Part shown: one piece after another, positions 13,151-26,190 of the stretch
Numbering within the stretch: position 1 is the stretch's first letter
How the letters are laid out: each line of letters begins with the position of its first letter
Source of the DNA: Octopus sinensis
Lineage: Eukaryota
NCBI RefSeq assembly: GCF_006345805.1
Contig: NC_043012.1
Span: 47,306,001 to 47,370,000 of the forward strand
Direction of reading: 5' to 3'
Length of the DNA stretch: 64,000 nt
Notes under the pieces: generated by a model
Seen by the model: the letters and a program-made list of their open reading frames with translations, nothing else
Databases searched by the model: none
What the model was told of the DNA's origin: nothing
Made by a program: the position numbers and the translations under genes

Positions 13151-13814
13151 TAGGTATTCTGAAGTATTGTTTATTCTGTTACTTTACCGTTATTTTACAG
13201 AAGCAGCTGTCTTCCCCAAATGTTCTTTTGTTTTTATTTTATCCCTCTTTCTTCTCAGTAAACGCTCTCAAAGATTTAGTCTGAGAAACATACATCACGA
13301 ACCACCTCATCTCAAATCCTCTCTCTGCCTAATTCCTTTCCTCGCATAACTATCATTTCTTTTTCTAAATTATTTGTCAAAGAAACATGCCACGATGGAC
13401 CTTTTCACTTTGAGTTCAGTTTTACTTTTCATTCCACTTTACACAGCTTCACTTTGAAATTGACAGACTTTTGAATAATTTAGACTGACATAAATGTCTT
13501 TAAAATACATCAGTGTAAAATGAATGTAACATCTTTGATCTTATGCCACCTTGGCCAGGCCTGATCAGGAACTAATCATGATCAATAACAATGATGTTCT
13601 CCTCTTCTATACGTGGACAAGGACTAAACACATTAAAACATACACACTTCATACCGACATCACATCTTATGAATAAATAAAATCGATCTATTTTCGAACT
13701 TTTCCTCAGAAGATCAATGTGTGCGTTTTGCGAATATTTATTGGCTGTGGTACTATATGATGAAATATATATGCATATATACACACACACACATATATAT
13801 ATATATTTTTTTTT

Positions 13815-14035
13815 TATTTGTACTTGTTTCAGTCATTTGACTGCGGCCATGCTGGAGCACCGCCTTTTAGAGTGGTGAAAGAGTACAGCAGGGATCACCA
13901 CCTCCTGCCGGAGCCTCGTGGAGCTTTTAGGTGTTTTTTCGCTCAATAAACACACACAACGCCCGGTCTGGGAATCGAAACCGCGATCCTCCGACCGCAA
14001 GTCCGCTGCCCTAACCACTAGGCCATTGCGCCTCC
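13815..14035 (-). mobile_element. Young tRNA-derived SINE: family B head joined to the family A 3' tail
   Basis: Head ggaggcgcaatggcctagtggttagggcagcggac...ggtttcgattccc (A and B boxes) is nearly identical to 56024-56186, then switches to aaaggcggtgctccagcatggccgcagtcaaatgactgaaacaag. Confidence 0.88.
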
Positions 14036-14051
14036 ATATATATATATATAT

Positions 14052-14466
14052 ACTCTTTTACTCTTTTACATGTTTCAGTCATTTGACTGTGGCCATGCTG
14101 GAGCACCGCCTTTAGTCGAGCAAATCGCCCCCCCAGGACTTATTCTTTGGAAGCCTAGTACTTATTCTATCGGTCTCTTTTGTCGAACCGCTAAGCTACG
14201 AGGGAGGTAAACGCACCAGCATCGGTTGTCAAGTGATTTGGGGGACACAAACACAGCCACACAAACACATACACACACATACACACACATATATATATAC
14301 ATCTATATGACGGGCTGCTTTCAGTTTCCGTCTACCAAATCCAATCACAAGGCTTTTGTCAGCCCGAGGCTAAAATAGAAGGTACTTGCCCAAGATGCCA
14401 CGCAGTGGAACTGAACCCGGAACCATGTGGTTCGTAAGCAGGCTACCACGCAGCCACTCCTACGCC
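14052..14466 (-). mobile_element. Full-length tRNA-derived SINE, family A
   Basis: Minus strand head ggcgtaggagtggctgcgtggtag...ggttccgggttcagttccactgcgtggc, body gattggatttggtagacggaaactg, a central (TA)(TG) tract, and tail ggcggtgctccagcatggccacagtcaaatgactgaaac followed by (gtaaaaga)2. Many partial copies occur in the window. Confidence 0.88.
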
Positions 14467-14899
14467 GACAAATATATATATATTTGTATATATAAAGAGA
14501 GAGAGAGAATGTGTGTTTAATATATTTGTGTTGTTGTAAAGGGGAAAATTTTAGTTTATAATGGAATACTTTTTCAGAGTGCTTGCTCCCCTATCATAAA
14601 ATCTGGAGTGCACGCTTATAATCAAAGGGTTTTCAATAGCAACATATCGCTCTTAGTTGTGAATATAGCGTACCCAGAACCATATTTTTCGGTGTGTGAT
14701 TCTATGCAGAAACGAAGAGTTTACGGTATGAAATTAATTTGCTTCATTTTTTCTGCAGTCAGCATTACTCGAATTATTTTCTTGTTCACAAAACCTGAAA
14801 CGTTTCAAGAATGTGGGAAGCATCCTTACGCATGCGATTATTTGAAATAGTGACATGTTGAAAAGAGATCTCTAAAGATTCTTCACTCAACAAATATAC

Positions 14900-16050
14900 C
14901 CCAACTGTTAATCCTTTCACTGAGTGCACTCTCATGCTTCATGCTTTTCTTTGTACATTATTGATAAAATTAAGGTTTTTGAGGTTTTGAAATACAAAAA
15001 TGTATGGCATCATCTACGAGGTTTGATGTAAATGCATTGATAGAGATATGTTATAATGTTCTTAATAAGTTTGTTCAGCATCACCTCAGATCTCCCGTAA
15101 ACACTTAAATGTTGCTGCATATCTATACAGGGATATTATAAGCAGAATAAACATAAAATGTACAGTTAGATTAAATGTTCACATATGTTTCAATAATAAT
15201 TTCGTAATGGAATCCTTTCCCTCAGTTTTACTACTAAATCACAACATTTACAACCATATCTTACTCGAACATTTACAAACTCAAAACATTCATTTTATCA
15301 CGACACATATTTTCTGTTGAGATTAAATCTAGCTGATCCATTTCTATGAATTGTATTTATAAGTACTGGTTAAGAGAAATCCCCTGCTTAAATTTTGAAT
15401 GTTATATTCTTAAAGATTTCACAAAGGGTATATGCAAAGTGAATATACTATTTGCATATGTATTCCAATATTGCATGCTTAACAAGGTATCAACAATGCA
15501 TTCTTTGGATTAAATTATTCATACATTATATTTCAATTAAGACCTAAGCATGCAAAATTTGCTTTTTAAAAGTCAAGATTTTGTATTAGATTTTAAAGCT
15601 AATCTGTAAAAGGTAATTTTCTCATTATACTATAATGTTAATTCATTGATTGGCCGAAATTTAAATACCAACATCCTCCATGGCACACATTCTTATTAAT
15701 TTCAAAGATGGAAATTACATGCCTCGATGAATTTGAATTTCAGTTTTTCCCTGTTATAAGAGCAAACGATATTTTAAATAATAGCTTTCAAGATGTAATC
15801 ATCAATAAAGCGGAATTGATTATTCATTTTTTCTATTGCTATCTTATTTTGCAAATAAGCGCGTTAGTGTTAAACTTAACTGTACTTGTGATACTTAAGG
15901 AAGCAAACTTCACAATACTATAACACCGACTATTGAGTATTATTCTATTTATATATCTATGAAGTTGTGTTGCAATTTTAGGACTAAGCCAGGGCGTATC
16001 TTTTGACTTTCTACACATAGCAGACAAATCTAATATAGTGTGAAATATAC
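14900..16050 (-). mobile_element. Possible decayed Penelope-like element C-terminus
   Basis: Faint Cys-rich segment (aaatgttcgagtaagatatggttgtaaatgttgt) followed by a GIY-YIG-like stretch; many stops. Confidence 0.22.
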
Positions 16051-16680
16051 AGGGTCTCAGAAGATGGGATCGTTTTCGGTGAAATGATTTCTATAAATTT
16101 CTGTTCCGTCAGCTTAGTCTTGGGATTAAATAGGGTCATAGTTATGTGTATACTGCGTTGATTTCGCAATTAATTTAGTACTATAGAAGTAAGAATGTAC
16201 TACTTCTTCGTAGTTAAGGTTTAGTCAACGCTCGCATCTAAACTAATTACCATAAGATACAGTACACGGTATGAATTTTCCACTGAATATTATATGTCTT
16301 CCAATTTCATATGCACGATAGACGTCAATAAATTACTATGTTGGGGACGTCTACTTCTGTTTTGTAATTTTGAGAGAAAATATTTGGACGTTTTGAATGA
16401 AGAACGTAATAAAAATATGATACGCACATACACACACACACACACATATATATATATATGTGTGTGTGTGTCTGTGTGTTCACGTACATGTGTATGAGTG
16501 TGTGAATAAGCATGTATATATACATATATATAATTGCACATACATTATCTCTCTCTAAATATGCATACATACATACACAACATACACATACATACTTCAC
16601 ATACATACCTTCATGCATACATGCATAAATACCTACCTATCTACACACGTAGATACATATATATATACATTTACATTCAT

Positions 16681-16714
<34 letters not shown>

Positions 16715-17449
16715 ACATGCATACATACATACATATACATGTAGACATGGATGCAGGTTTAGTTTTTGACAGAAGCGTTTGTGTGCATGGCATTCGCATG
16801 TTCTTCCAGATCAGTAAGAATGATGGATTAAATTTTCCATTTAAATTATTGCAGGCCCACAACTGCAGCAAATATGCTATGAGGCCACAGGTTCCAGAGA
16901 TCCTATGTTCAGAGGAGGTAGGATGGGTATAAGGGAGAGTGAAGCTCCAAGGGTGTATACAAGAAAAAATTATTAGAGTTACAGACAGGAATCGGTTTGA
17001 ACTGCTCCTGTATGAAAGAGCTACGATATCAGCTAGCTCGAGGAAACAGAATCTATTACGGTACCAATCGAAAACACAGAGACTGGAGACAGCAGCGCTA
17101 TTGGTGAGAGGCTGTTATGTGTCAAATGTTGATTTAATTCCAATCAGTCGATTTACCAGACTTCAAAATACATGTGGAAGTAGCATAAGCAACGTGCAAG
17201 CTGTTGGAGAAGTGCAGCTTTGATGTACAAACATAAAACTTTGGGGAGCTAAAAAGAACCACGGTACACAGCAGAAGCCATTGACACGCATATAAGTTTA
17301 ATGGCTGATAGTGGAGGAAGAGCTAGAGTGCGTAATATTTGAAGGCTTTCCAAATCTACCTCTGTAGGTACTGTTAATAGCAGAGTATGTGTCCTGACAC
17401 ATACCTCGTTGTTTTTCAGGCAATTATTTTACTTAATATTCTGTGTGAT

Positions 17450-18300
17450 AAAAATCGATGCGATATGAGAGTGTGCGGAAAGGCAAATTATGTTATTATG
17501 ATTATATACAGTGAGATTATATACTACCGGGAAGTTTCCCGAATTGTGAGCGACTAATCAATATTTTGAAGTTCATCAATCGATCGTATATTTAGTATTA
17601 ATAGCTGGATATTTCAATTTCCCATTTGATGGATACGGGAGGCTTTTGCAGTATTTGCAATTTCTCAAGAAGGACGTGTTTGCAATTACTAACTTTATTT
17701 CATTATGGATGCTCTTTGTCATGGGCAAGAGGAGTAATTTTGGCGAAGATATTTCTTTGGTCATGGACTTTCCAGATGCGGTGCAACGATGAGGTAGATT
17801 TAGTTCTTACTCCTGAATGAGTGCATGTTTCGTGTTAGTATTCTCTGAAAATAAATATTTTGTATTCTTTTTCTCATATCATCAAATCAGCTTGTGTTGC
17901 TCTGCAGACCAGACCGTCTGAGAGGTTATTAGTGAAATATTTTCGTTAGTTACAGTCCGGGGTGTGAAGCGGAAACTCTAAAGTTATGTTTGTTCCCATT
18001 ATCATTTAAGCATTACCGATACATTCTTTTCTGTACCTTCTGTTGTGCACTGTTCCTAAGCTCTTCACTAACTAATTTCCGAGCCATTCCTCTCTGAAAA
18101 ATCTAACATATATAATTTTGCCACAGTAATGCCACTGTAATGAGATTGCATTTGCTCAAAATGAACATCAAATCTTACTTATCAGTTTCGCCAGCTTGTT
18201 GGTAACAGTGATTATGGACCTTGTGGAATATTGACACATCTCTTATTTTCCGACGAAAGGGTAAATAGATTTACGTTTACAAGCAAAAAAGATGATCTTC
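17450..18300 (-). mobile_element. Possible decayed LINE RT fragment
   Basis: Remnants resembling AKVxPIHKxG...NYRPI...QFG near 17540-17660. Confidence 0.3.
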
Positions 18301-18863
18301 CAATCCGTTTTACACATTTTATCAAAAAGCCTAGAAAGCACAATTTCTCTGTCATTCATAAACCCTAAACAGTAGTTCCACTTGATTGACAAATGCACCA
18401 ACAGAGCTGCTTAATGTGTCATCAATGAGTAAGTAAAATTATATTCATCGTGACAATTTATAGTATAAAGGGTGACATTTACAAACACCTGGCGCAAATT
18501 AGTTACACTGCAATTATGTGCAGTGATTAAAAAACACCCAATTGCGTGTTTATATCTCATTGAATTGAGAAAACAATATTTTAGCTTGCTATAATTTGTG
18601 TCTTCATTAATATATGAATAAATAATTATATAATATTGCAATAATATTCATGATAGTTATTCAGTGATCCTTAATATCCATGTTAGCAGAAATGTATAAA
18701 TATCTTTGTCAATACTTGGGAGAAGTTTACGGAAACCAAAATTTTAGAAATCTCTAAAATGCTAATCGATAGATATAAAGTAGTGACACATGAACAAAAG
18801 ATCAAAGTTATTGAAAGTGCTAAGTGTTTACAATGTTGGTCAATATACATGCATAGGTACATG

Positions 18864-18929
<66 letters not shown>

Positions 18930-19036
18930 GAGGGTGAAAAAATTGATATTAATTTAATCAACATCAATTTCACACCAGAGGTCTAGCATGTAAAAATCTG
19001 AAGGATCAGTAAAATTATATTATATACATATGTATA

Positions 19037-19137
<101 letters not shown>

Positions 19138-19161
19138 CATATCTATCTATCTATATATATA

Positions 19162-19194
<33 letters not shown>

Positions 19195-22100
19195 CATAGA
19201 TATGGATGTATGTGTGTGGGTAGGTGTGTGCGTACACATGATGACAGATAGAGGGGTACACACACACACACACATATATACATATTGAACAGACGTTTCA
19301 GAATGCTCAATGTTAATGATGTTTCAAAATTGGTGAAATATGGATACTTATACACTATAAATTTAGACCAGACAAATCTGATATAAACGGAGATTTTCCA
19401 TATTTCCCTACTTTGAGTATTATCGGTTTATTAATATCAGATAGATTTTCTGAAAACGCTAAATGAAATTATTTTATTGATACATATACTCTCGTTAGAA
19501 AAAAAAATGATATTTATTCTCCTATATATATTCTCCTATATATATTTTCCTATATATACCATTTTAATAAGAAATGTAATATGTCAGACAAATAATGAAT
19601 CTAAAGAATAAAGTGGTACTAGAAGTAAAATGTAACTAATAAACTTGAACTAGAATTTACAAAACGGTTATCAGCAGGTCGTGCAAATGTACGTAAAACC
19701 CTAGGAAATTTATTGGCTATACGTTTCAAATTACACAATCTTTTAATGTATTGTTTAGATAAGAAAATATTTTACGTAGTTTTAATTTAGACATTGCCAC
19801 CTAATTACATAATAAATAAACAATATATTCAGAAATGAAATAACATAACAGACGAACAAATAGTATAAAACGGATTAGCATATTTTGTGCACTAGTTGAA
19901 TCTTTAGAAAAACGTATGTTTTAATTGATGTTGTTTCGTGTAGAAACGGAAGGGAGCAAAGTGTTATGATAGAAATACACGCACATGTTTATCTGTAGTC
20001 GCAGAGAGGTAAAAAGGCGAACAAACGAGCTCAAATGTTCTTTTGTATTACTTGGTATTGGGATAGACGTATGATATTGAAAATCACTTCGTAAGGAACT
20101 GCATTTAGTAGTCAGAGCCTTTGTAGACTCCGGACCTAGAGGAAGTTCCCCATTTCTCATTCATAAACTACTATGTTGCTTCATCGCCATCTTAACTGTT
20201 ACTAATAGTCCCTGTATTCTGTTACATATACTCGATCCAGATCTGCGGTCAATATATAACATCTCCGCTTTCTTCTGAACAATAGACGCCTTAAAAGAAT
20301 ACAGTTTTCTCCGTTTTCTGCTTATACCTCTAAAAACTTGCTCCACTAAAAATTGACAAGGTAAAGTTCATGTTACTACTTTTCTGTAAAACTTAGACAC
20401 GTTTGTGTTTTTCTGATATGCCTTTAATACTACTACTATTAATATTATTAGACAATTTAATTATGTAGCATCTTCATTAAATTTCTTCAATGGATGAGGA
20501 GATTGGAACTATAATCTTTATATAAGTTTCCTATGCATTAGCGATACAAGTAAAATGAAAGTGTTAATACAGAAATCAGATCACAATTACAACCGGAATT
20601 TACCAGAGATTTATGTCTCCTTCAACCACGAATCATTAACACTTCAACTAAACTGCTCTACTGAAATGTTACGCCTCATATCTGCGGAGTTCCATACATT
20701 GCATATACCATCATATTCCCACCAACACAGATTTACGATGATTGTATGCACTCGTATATGTAAAGTATATATGTGTGTGTCTGTGTGTTGGTATACCGGC
20801 ATACACACGAACACACAGAAACACACAGGCGAACATATATATGTAAATGTACACACACACACACACGAACGCATACACACACAAACACACACAAACGGGC
20901 ACACACACATTTATAGAGATGGATGGTGGGAGGGAAAGATGTAATTAATCTGGAAGCAAATGGAAGCAAAGCTATCACGAAATATACATAAGTAAAAACT
21001 AATTATAGAAACATAAGACAGAATGTATTCAATGGATTAGTTAAACTAAACTCATTGTATCCTGTACTTAATATGCATGCGCCTACAATTGAGCCTCGAT
21101 GTCGTCTCTCCAGGCGAAATTTGCGTGCTTGGCGACACGCTCACATCAACAGCTTGTGAAGAAGACGTTGTTAAACGGAGTCCGTGTGTACACGAACGAC
21201 TCAATAGAAATGTTTGCAACGTGTCGTTCGGAGTTCACTCTTCACTCTACGGAGTTTCCTACTCATTGTTATTGACAACAGAATATGTATTTTATTTTAT
21301 CTCATGTATTTTAGAATGTCATTTATAGCGAAATACAACATATTAGCGTCTTTATATCATATTCATTATTATTATTTTTGTTTTAATTTACCAAAGCATA
21401 AATGAAAAAGTAAATTGTTCAAATATATCTCAAACTGGTGCAGTAACGTGATGAACATGACAACGTTTATTTTTGTTGAGCCATATGATGTAACAAAAAG
21501 ACGAATACAGAAAAAAAATACGATGAATAGAATAAATGAACCGCATTTTAAAATAGTTTGCTAAAGCCAAAGGCATTACCGATTATTGTAACGATGGACA
21601 ATAGTCTGGAAGGAAACCGACTTTACATAAAATGCTTCGCCAAAGGGCAAAACTGTAGGAACTTCATTAGGCGTAAAATTAAGAATGGCATTCGCTCGCA
21701 CTAAATGGCTAGACTCCAAACACTACGCCTGCAGCCTAATAGATTGGTGTAAGAAAGAGAAAAAAATATTTGTAATGAGAGTCCAGCGCACGAACTGTGT
21801 GCGTCATTTTATGTTAAGTAGATAATATATGACATACTAACATTGTCTGATTACTTCGCAGTTGACTTACCAACGTGCACTCACAAACATCCAAAGCACA
21901 GATACGCGCACACATACACGTACATGGACACGCATAAACACACCAAAAATACACACACACGGGGCTTTTACACACACACACATTAAAGTTACACCTAACA
22001 AAATACGCGTACTCATAATTAGCCTCATGTATATCCACATACGCACGCCTGCACACAGCACAAACACACACGAATATATGAAAACACACATTGGGTAAGG

Positions 22101-22197
22101 AGAGACACTACGGATTAAACAGCAAAATATGCCTATAAAATCTGTATGTGACTGTAAATACATAAGCATTCTCTCTCCCCCTCCCGCTCCGTGTCTC

Positions 22198-22234
<37 letters not shown>

Positions 22235-22374
22235 GTCTCTGTCTCTCTCTCTCAGACAGACACACACATATCGTATAGCAAAATATCTGAGGATGGTGCG
22301 TGTACGTGCATGTGTGGTTCTTTCATGTACGCATATTATATATCTATATATATGCCATTTTACTATGTCAAAAT

Positions 22375-25300
22375 GTTTTAGCTGCAAAGCTGCGATCATG
22401 CCGGAGCACCACCGTTGACGGAGTTACACCATTATTTGGAACATCCTCTGATATGTAGCATTTGGTCATTGAGGGATTTTGATGCTTCTGCCCTCATCTG
22501 TGCATCCAGCCGTGAGGTAGGCTCGTCTGGAAATCGTAGCAGGAAGAGATCCAGTTTTGTTTTAAAGACACTTACATCTACACTATGCAGATGTCTCAGG
22601 CATATTGGAAGCATATTAAAGAGCGTGGGACCTTGACTCCCAAGCTGTTGCAGTATCTAGTCATGTATTTTGATGGCGATACTGCAATTTATGGCACTAT
22701 GCAGTGGCACCCCGTTCTGCAGTTTTAATAACTTCCAATGCCAAAGTTTGGTACAAGGCCTTCTAGGATTTTCCAGATGTTTATCATTGCATATCTCTCC
22801 TGCCTCCGTTCCAAGGAGAATAGTTTTAATTCTTTAAAGCTTTCCCAGTATCTGACATGTTGCCACGAGACGATCTTCTTCGTGTATCTTCACTGGATTG
22901 CTTTGATTTCCGCCGTGGATTTTTTTATTGTGTGGTGACCATAGTGAGGAGCAATAGTCTAAGCGGCTGAGAACGTATGTACTCCAAAGGATCATAAATG
23001 TCCCATTTTCTCTTGTTTTGAAAGTTCGGAGGATCCATCCATCCAACCGTCTGCATTTTATTACCAAATTGGTGATATGCACTTGGAAAGATGCATCATT
23101 GCTCATGTCAATGACCAGGTCACACATTGATTTCGATTTAGAGATTTCAGTTCCTCCTGGGCCAGTGTATCCTTTGTGTGTGTCGTTTAGCTTTGTGTGC
23201 TGGTAGCGTAGGTCCTAGAAATTTTCTGCATTGAACTGCATGTTGTGGTCCTCAGCCCGCCTGTATATTGCGTCCATCTCCCGTTGCAGATGTACAATAT
23301 TTCCATGATTTTGTATTATCTGAGAGATTTTTGTGTCATCTGCATAGCTAGCAAGGGTGGCTATCAGAGCAGTGGAAGGCATGTCTGAGAGGACCACTAT
23401 GAACAGCAGTGGCCCCAAGACTGTGTCCTGTGGAACACCACTTGCTATTTGTGTTTCCTTGGAGGTGGTTCCATTGGCTTACTACACTGCCTTTAGACAT
23501 GTGTGCAGCTATTCTCCAAGTTTTCCGCATATGCCGAGATCGCGAATTTTGTGACATCATGCCATGACCAACTTTATCAAAGGCTTTTGCAAAGTCGAAA
23601 TATATCACATCTCCGCTTGAGTCATTCAGCAGCTGTTTTAACACACAGTCGTAGTGTTGCAGGAGCTGTGTTAAACAGCTTCTACCTGGTCGAAATCCAC
23701 GCTGAGTGTCAGTCGGCAAGTAATTTTCTTCTAGGAACGTGATTAGTTTCTTGCGGACTATTCGTTCCATGACTTTGCTGATGTGTGAAGTCAGCGAGAT
23801 AGGCCTATAATTTTTAGCATCTGCTCTGCCTTATGGATCGGGCAAATTATCCCTTCCTCAGCTTGTCTGGGAGCATACCACGTGCAAGGAGCCTCTGGAA
23901 GAGAAGCTGCTGTGGTTTTGTAAGAACTCGCTTGAATGATTTGTGTAGGACCACTGGGAACCCATCCGCACCAGCTGCTGAGGTTGTGTCAACCTCATCT
24001 ATGACCAGTATTAAAACTTCTTCAATGTTTATGTACTCAATTTTTTTAACTTCTTTGTTCTTAGGTAATGTGGCAAATAATTCCGCTGGTTTGTTCACGG
24101 CTGTGTTCCAGCGGAGTAGTGAACACACTTTGGAGCTGTTTGTTCAGTATTTCACTTACCCTCATGGGGTTTCTGTGAGGGAGCCATGTTTTTGGAAGAG
24201 GAGTCCTATCTTGTGGCGTATTGAGGTTGTTTCTTTGGAAAACATGAAGAAAGCTTTAGGGTTTGACTTGATATTTCCTATAGCTCAAGCTTCTTTATTT
24301 GGACTCTCCTTTTCATGAGACTGATGCAGAGGTTTTCAATATCACGCTCTCCAGACGAGATTTCTCACCACTTTCGGAATGCTTGCTCAGGCGGTTCGCA
24401 ATCTTTGTCCGTCGTCTCATAAGAGTCTTCCTTTCTCTGAGGATCCTATTTTTGCGTATGTTGCACGATGGGACAGATTTGTCACATATGGCTTGTATTA
24501 TGGACATGAAATGTCTAAATTTCATGTCAATGTCTGGTGTGGAGTGACATTTAGGCCAATCCTGCCTGAGGACCTTTTTTTCAATCTGCTTCCTATTTAC
24601 TTTGTGAAAGTTAAGTTTGGGGAGATTCTGGATGCTTCGCATAGGCCTGGTGTGTCTGCAGGAGATTTTGGTCCATACATAGACACCTCTATTATATTGT
24701 GATCCGAGATCAGCATCGGTGTCACTTTAACATTATGGATAACGTCCATATTGTTTGTTAAGCAGAAATCTAGTATATTATTTGCATGGTTGGTTGCAGC
24801 ACAATTTCTTCCATGAAAGAGGCATTGGTAAGTTGGAGCAGGAACTCTGCTTGTGCTTGCTGTTCGTGTGTCATTCCTGGGAGAACTTGGCCTCCAGGCC
24901 ATTCCATGTTTGGGAAGTTAATTCACTCAAAATGAATACATTAATGTTTGATGAAAACTTTTCCTATCTTTGCTAGGCAGTCTTCAAATTTGCCTATATG
25001 AATCGGAGCATCTGGTGGGCGATATGTAGTACATATAACAATATTAAGTTGTCTTATGTGTACAATTTGAGTGTCACACACTTGATTTGAATGTGACAGC
25101 AGGAGCTAGGGCGTGAGTTCCTCCCTGATGTACACTGGAACTCCACCATGGCTCCTCTCCCTTCTATCTGAGCGTATGGCAATATGTTGTGGTGTATGTA
25201 TTTCTGCATCCCCTAGATCCGGTCTAAGATGCGTTTCTACAAGTGTCATGCATAAATCTTCATTGCATGCCGCCAGATCTCTCAGGAATTGATTTACAGT

Positions 25301-26050
25301 TGCCATGTAACAGCCCTCCTATATTCAAAAGGAATATCTTTAAGTGTATGTTGGCGTTACTGGTGGTCATCCTGTTTCTATTGTTGGTGGTGGCCTTGTG
25401 TGTTGGCGTGCGTAGTTTCTGGGTTGGGTTTGAAGCCAGGTTAGTTGCTGGACAATTGTTTGTGCTATGGGTGAAGCTGGCCGTTTGCTGGGCTCCGCAC
25501 CACATATCGTATTTCGGAAGTAGAGAATGTGCTATCTTTACTTACTTCTTTGGCACTTTTCCTTGTGTTTTCGTGGAAGGAAGTGTTGTCTGGGGCCCAT
25601 GTGGTTTAGGAAGGACTTCCGGTGTACAAACAACAGTTTGCACCATCATCACTGTACCAGCAGTGTCATTGCAGGTAGAATTTTCAAGTGCTCCTGCCTT
25701 TGCGCTTCCAACTCCTGTAGTTTCTGTTAAGGGTCCTGCATTTCGTATCAGCATTTTCGGCTGTTTCTTCTTTCCTTTCTTTGACTCTTCTTTCTTCTTG
25801 GCTTTTGGTAGCTTTTGTTTTGTTGGATTCGTCTTCATCTTTTCCTCTTTGGGCTCTCACACCCCTTTAGTCTTCTGACACGTTAGGGGCCGAACCATTA
25901 TCATTGTTTCCCTCATTTGCAGGCCCTTCAGACGTGGATTTTGTTTTGTTCTTTCGAGGGATTGTTGGGCCCTGGAGGTTTCTCCCATCTTTTTTGTCAT
26001 CCTTGGGGCAGTTTCCTCCCAGGATGATGTCGAGTGTGTTTATATGCTGT
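22375..26050 (-). mobile_element. Near-full-length but decayed CR1-group LINE (ORF1 remnant, APE endonuclease, RT, 3' UTR)
   Basis: APE motifs IFLLNIGGL, LVETHL, RSDRRERSHGGVPVYIRE and ILDFCLTNN...ISDHNIIEV. RT motifs AAGADGFP, QRGFRPGRSCLTQLL, IYFDFAKAFDKV, GPLLFIV, SYADDTKI and SRLDYCSSLWSP. Many frameshifts. Same family as 50557-52314. Confidence 0.92.
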
Positions 26051-26094
26051 CTAATTAGAGCATAAGAACGGAGTAATTCACGTTATATAAATGC

Positions 26095-26190
26095 GGCGGG
26101 GTTCTTTCAGCATCCGTCTCTTAAATACACTCAGAAAGCTTTGGTCAGCCCGAGGGTATAGTAGAAAACAGTGTCGCAAGGTGCCACGCA
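26095..26190 (-). mobile_element. SINE family A fragment
   Basis: gcgggttctttcag...ttggtcagcccgagggtatagtagaaaacagtgtcgcaaggtgccacgca matches 14310-14405. Similar fragments lie at 27258-27345 and 35240-35350. Confidence 0.65.

Noticed and set aside
25243-25878. 211-aa hydrophobic plus-strand ORF
   Set aside because: Antisense to the A-rich 5' region of the LINE; the hydrophobicity comes from T-richness.
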